A DNA stretch of 64,000 bases from Octopus sinensis (lineage: Eukaryota), in NCBI RefSeq assembly GCF_006345805.1, contig NC_043010.1, positions 38,440,001 to 38,504,000 of the forward strand, read 5' to 3'. The number at the start of each line of letters is the position of its first letter. The stretch's first letter is position 1. The position numbers and the translations under genes are program-made. The notes under the pieces were generated by a model that did no database searches, was not told the DNA's origin, and saw only the letters and a program-made list of their open reading frames with translations. Shown in pieces: positions 59,678 through 64,000 of the stretch.

Positions 59678-61873
59678 CCAAGCACAGGCTTATGTGACAG
59701 TTCTTACGCACATTTCCCTATTATTGTTACGTGAAGCTCTACAATTGGTGTTCCAAATGTCCAACTACAACGGATCACCAGGGAACACAGACGCACGTGT
59801 ATATCTATGTGTATTTGTGTTCGGGCTCCACCACCGCTCGACAACCAGTGATGGTTTGTTTACGACCGCGTAACTTAGCGATTCGGTTAAAAGAAAGTCT
59901 GGTAGAATAAGTACCAGACTTTAAAATAAGTATTGGGATTGATGTGTTCAGCGAAATCCTTCAAGGTATGGCTCTAGTATGTCCGCAGTCCGAGAAAGTC
60001 TATGTGGTTGCTGCTTGCTTGAGCTCTCACAAATCGCAAGGCATTCGTGTAGTATAGAGTCAGGAATTATGCGCGCCAAAGGCTGTCATTTCTTATGTAC
60101 TTTTTAAGTATCGTAGATAAATAGAAAAAAAAATATCACCTTTCTTTTCCTGTAATTTTTCAGTTTTGACACCTTTTTTCTTCCTAGATTTATGTTTTAA
60201 ACATTTGAGGTTATGATTCCAGAAAATTATACTTAACTTGTAGCCAATAAAAATTTTCGAAAGAAGTCAAAACTGAAAATTTATGGAAAAAGCTAGCGTG
60301 GAAACTTTATGCCTCACTCCGCCGTTTTTTCAATACAGATTCGTAATCTATGATTTTTATAACACACAGACCGAAGAAATTACAGATTTTGTCCGACACT
60401 GTTTTATAGGAAAGCCCATATATGATAAATTAGTCCAGATACTCAGTCTGAAGAAAAAAGACGACGGGATGGTCACGGCTGGAACAGATTTGATCATAAG
60501 TCTACTTGATAAGGCAACAAGCAGGTTAAATCACATTAACATGAACAAAACAAGAGGGCCTCTACAACAGCCTGGACAAAAATACCTATGCCTGCTCCAC
60601 AAGATCACTCAACTTACCAGAAATAGCAGCCAAACTCATTCAACTCAAACCCTGTCATCTTAGCACATACTGAACAATAAGGTCATAGATACACAAAAAA
60701 AGGCGGGATGGTCAACAGCAACTCAGGTCTTCTCAATGTGACCTGATCAGGTCCTAAACTTTAAACAACAAAACGCGTAAGTCTGCTGTCACGACTGACT
60801 TGGAAGTAAACAACCACTATATGAGCAAATAAGGGTGCAGATGTCTCGACATCGCCAACTCGAGTTACTAGAAATAGCAGTCAAATCTAACTCAAATCAC
60901 ACCGAATTGTCTTTAAATAAAAAGGACCACAATTCGATAATCCAGGTCCGAGATATACTCTGAAGGAATATAAAAAAGGTTATGCCCTCTCCGTCACGGT
61001 TGACTTGCACGGAGTAAACAACCACTGCAGGAGCCAACAAACGACGGATATATAAGTCTCGACATAAGATAGCCAGCAGCGGCATACCTACCCAACTGTA
61101 TCTGCCCTACGACTTTGTTTCCTTACAACTTTCAGAAAAATACATATATCTTTAGTGAATGTTTCTACAAACACCTTACAAACGATGTAGATCACTATTA
61201 TATTCAGAATTTGATGCGAAAAATATTTCGGAAGGGGCAGATCCAGAAGAGTTTTGGATAATTCACACGAATCAATTTTGTTTTGTCCTAGCCTTTCAGA
61301 TAGTGTGGATTATAATTATATAGAAATTTAATGTTAAAAAAAAAAAATAATAATAATAATAATTAGCGGGCTGAGTGTACAGACACATACTGACATACAA
61401 AATGAGATTATTATAAGCGTCTGTGGTCAATTAACGTACTAGCAATACAAACAAAATTCGATTGTATTAATAAAGAGGAAGAATTCACTGGATAATTTAT
61501 CAAGTCTTAATTACCATTAATTAATTTAAAAAAGAAACAAAAATTAACAGGCGTAGGTGGCGTGACTGTGTGGTAAGAAGTTTGTTTCTCAACCACATGG
61601 TTTTGCGTTCAGTCCCATTGCGTAGAGTCTTGGACAAGTGTCTCCTACTATATACTCGGGCCGCTTAAAGCCTTGTGAGTGGATTCTGTAGCCGGAAACT
61701 GAAAGAAGCCTGTCATAACAATGATGTGACGGGGGTGGGGTACAATTACGATTTTTTAATAAGATTTTGAGTTTGAGGAAAAAAATTTACGTGGTACCTT
61801 GAGCAAGTGTCTTCTATAGCCTCGGGCCTTGTGAGTGGATTTGGTAGACGGAAACTGAAAGAAGCCCGTCGTA

Positions 61874-61910
<37 letters not shown>

Positions 61911-63008
61911 GCGTGTTTGTGTGTCTGTGTTTGTCCCCCTAGCATTGATTGACAACCGATACTGGTGTTTTTATGTCCTCGTTACCTAGCGGTTCGGCAA
62001 AAGAAACCGATAGAATAAGTACTGGGCTTACAAAAGAATAAGTCCCGGGGTCGAGTTGCTCGACTAAAGGCGGTGCTCCAGCATGGCCGCAGTCAAATGA
62101 CTGAAACAAGTAAAAGAGTAAATGTTCACTACCTTACAAAAACTATATCAGCTAAGCAAATGTCCTTCTCCAAATGCATTTAAAACATTATTTCAGAATA
62201 ATTATTGAGTAATTCCCCAGAATTACATTTGAAAACAGGCTCATATACATCAATATCCATCCTTAGATATCAGAAAGATCAGAAATGTATCAAAAACTTA
62301 AAACATGAAAGAGAATCATGGAAAAATGGTATATGATATGAAATTAACGAAACTCCATTAAGTCAAAAAGTTCGACTTTAAATATTCTCAAAAACTTTTT
62401 CACAATCTTCTGGAGTGGCTTTCTTTTCGGTATATATACGCAATATTCAATTAAAGAGAGAAATTATTGAAATTAGTCATGACTCATTTTACCCCATTTT
62501 AGGCATCGTTTTTGAAACTTGATAAATGATCAAATTAGATATAAGTGTGGAGAAAAAGTGACTTGAACTTCAAAAGAGAAAAGAATGTTGATTGTCAAAC
62601 ACCAAAAATTATCCAGATATTTTATTAACAACCTCAGTTACAATCGGGTTAAAGTTGAGAAGAAATTTCTTGAAAAAAAAGTACCTGTCACCTATGTTTC
62701 AAACTCTTAAATTCATGAATTTTTATTCCTAGAGTTACTGTAATAGTACAAAACAACGATGGCAAGCTTGCAATGTAATGATTTAAAACAGACAGGTAGA
62801 AATTAGAGAGAAATCAGAAATTACTAATTTTGCCCCAGTTACTAATTTTAATCACCCCCTCCCCCCATCATGTGTGTGTGTGTTTGTATCTGTGTTTGTC
62901 CTGCACTACCGCCTGACGATTGATGCTGGTTTGTTTACGTCCCCGTAACAGCCGTTCAGCAAAAGACCGATAAAATAAGTATCAGGCTTAAAAAAAATCA
63001 AATAAGTA

Positions 63009-63307
63009 GGTACTACTTGAGAACAGTGGTCCCGGTGCGCTCTTGCGCATCCGCGCCAGCTAGTCATGACTAGTCGATCCTTATTTTGTGTTATTTACTT
63101 TGTTTAAAAAAATTATTTACTTTGTGTTTTGGTATTTTATTTACTTTGTTTAACAAAAGTTATTTACTTTGTGTAAAAAAATCATTTATTTTGTGTTTTA
63201 TTTACTTTGCGAGGGAGTCGTTGTAGGATCGACTACTTACGACAAGCTAGCGCGGATGCGCGACTACGCGTGTGCGCGCACCTGGACCACTGTTCGCTAG
63301 TAGTACC
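63009..63307. mobile_element. Mutator/MULE-type MITE with a 9-bp TSD, nested in a SINE-B tail
   Basis: ~60-bp imperfect TIRs GGTACTACT..GAACAGTGGTCC..GGTGCGC..GCGCATCCGCGC; AAATAAGTA at 63000-63008 and 63308-63316; internal TTATTTACTTTGT subrepeats. Confidence 0.8.
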
Positions 63308-63554
63308 AAATAAGTATTGGGGTCGATTCGTTCGACTAAAATTCTTCAAGGCAGTGGTCCAGCACGACTGTAGTCTAATGAACGAAACGTAGTTTAATAA
63401 TACAAAACAAAATAAGATAACCCCACTCCACGCACATTGTCACCTAGCTTCTCCAGAAAAACGTTTTATTTGACATTTTAGCTAGTCTGAAAGATTAACT
63501 CCCCTTGATTTCTCCCTCGTGCAATAATAATAATTCGAACGGCAACATCGAAAT

Positions 63555-63626
63555 TCAGCCAATCAGCAATCGCCTTGATTCTGATTGGCTTAATTTGAAA
63601 TTGTACCAAATACGAAAAATTTAAAT
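63555..63626 (+). promoter_or_regulatory. G2/M-type promoter: two CCAAT boxes plus CHR element(s)
   Basis: agCCAATcag 63559-63563, ctgATTGGct 63584-63588, TTTGAA 63594-63599 and TTTAAA 63620-63625, 90-150 nt upstream of the kinesin ATG. Confidence 0.55.
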
Positions 63627-63712
63627 CCAACAAGGCGAACTGGTCTTACTGTTATTGTACGTGTGTGTGATTGTTTGTTGAAAGTTATTTACTGTACGAC
63701 AGTAGTGAAAAA

Positions 63713-63765
63713 ATGGCACCCAAGAAAAATGGTAATCAGAATATTAAGGTGGCGGTACGATGCAG
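63713..63765 (+). CDS. KIF11: First coding exon of a kinesin motor protein, most likely kinesin-5 (Eg5/KIF11): MAPKKNGNQNIKVAVRC + AG. The gene continues beyond the window.
   Basis: aaaaATGG start; NI.V.VRCR is the beta-1 motif of kinesin motor domains and resembles kinesin-5 NIQVVVRCRP; strong donor CAG|gtgagt is phase 2 within the Arg of VRCR, as I recall for vertebrate KIF11. The subfamily call rests on only 18 residues. Confidence 0.65.
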
Positions 63766-64000
63766 GTGAGTTGGATGTTTTGCCTTTTAAAAAATTGTCT
63801 TTATTTTCCCACTGTCATGTATTTCTCGCGAGCACTTTCTTATAATTTGTTTTTCGAGAAGGGAAAATAATGATAAGCATATGATTTTGGTTTACATAAG
63901 CTGTTGCGCATAATTTATACCTTCTAATACTATATTTATTGCTGCTTCTAATACTGTATTTATTATGTTCTTATATACACTGACATTTTGTTACTATACT

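Overview
This is AT-rich, microsatellite- and SINE-dense eukaryotic DNA, most likely from an octopus or other cephalopod (inferred from the repeat families). It is not prokaryotic and contains no CRISPR array. One complete protein-coding gene can be reconstructed on the + strand: SUCLG1 (mitochondrial succinyl-CoA ligase alpha subunit), with 9 coding exons from 18439 to 46317 and 330 aa. The first coding exon of a kinesin motor gene (probably KIF11/Eg5) starts at 63713, behind a promoter with two CCAAT boxes and a CHR. Almost every other ORF in the track is a microsatellite or transposon translation. Mobile DNA includes several tRNA-derived SINE families; HERO-, Dong/R4-, RTE- and CRE-like LINE 3' ends; mariner and rosa/maT remnants; piggyBac-, MULE- and hAT-type MITEs; and two non-autonomous Helitrons. 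The most notable hidden signal is five sequence-distinct families (8 copies) of minimal type I hammerhead-ribozyme motifs of the Penelope-element kind. One is nearly intact (8718-8794), and one family sits inside a tRNA-headed SINE present twice in SUCLG1 introns. The window also has a recurrent pattern of short-range inverted duplications and fold-backs, and a ~1.27 kb tandem duplication just after the SUCLG1 stop. All of this was read by eye; no searches or folding programs were run.
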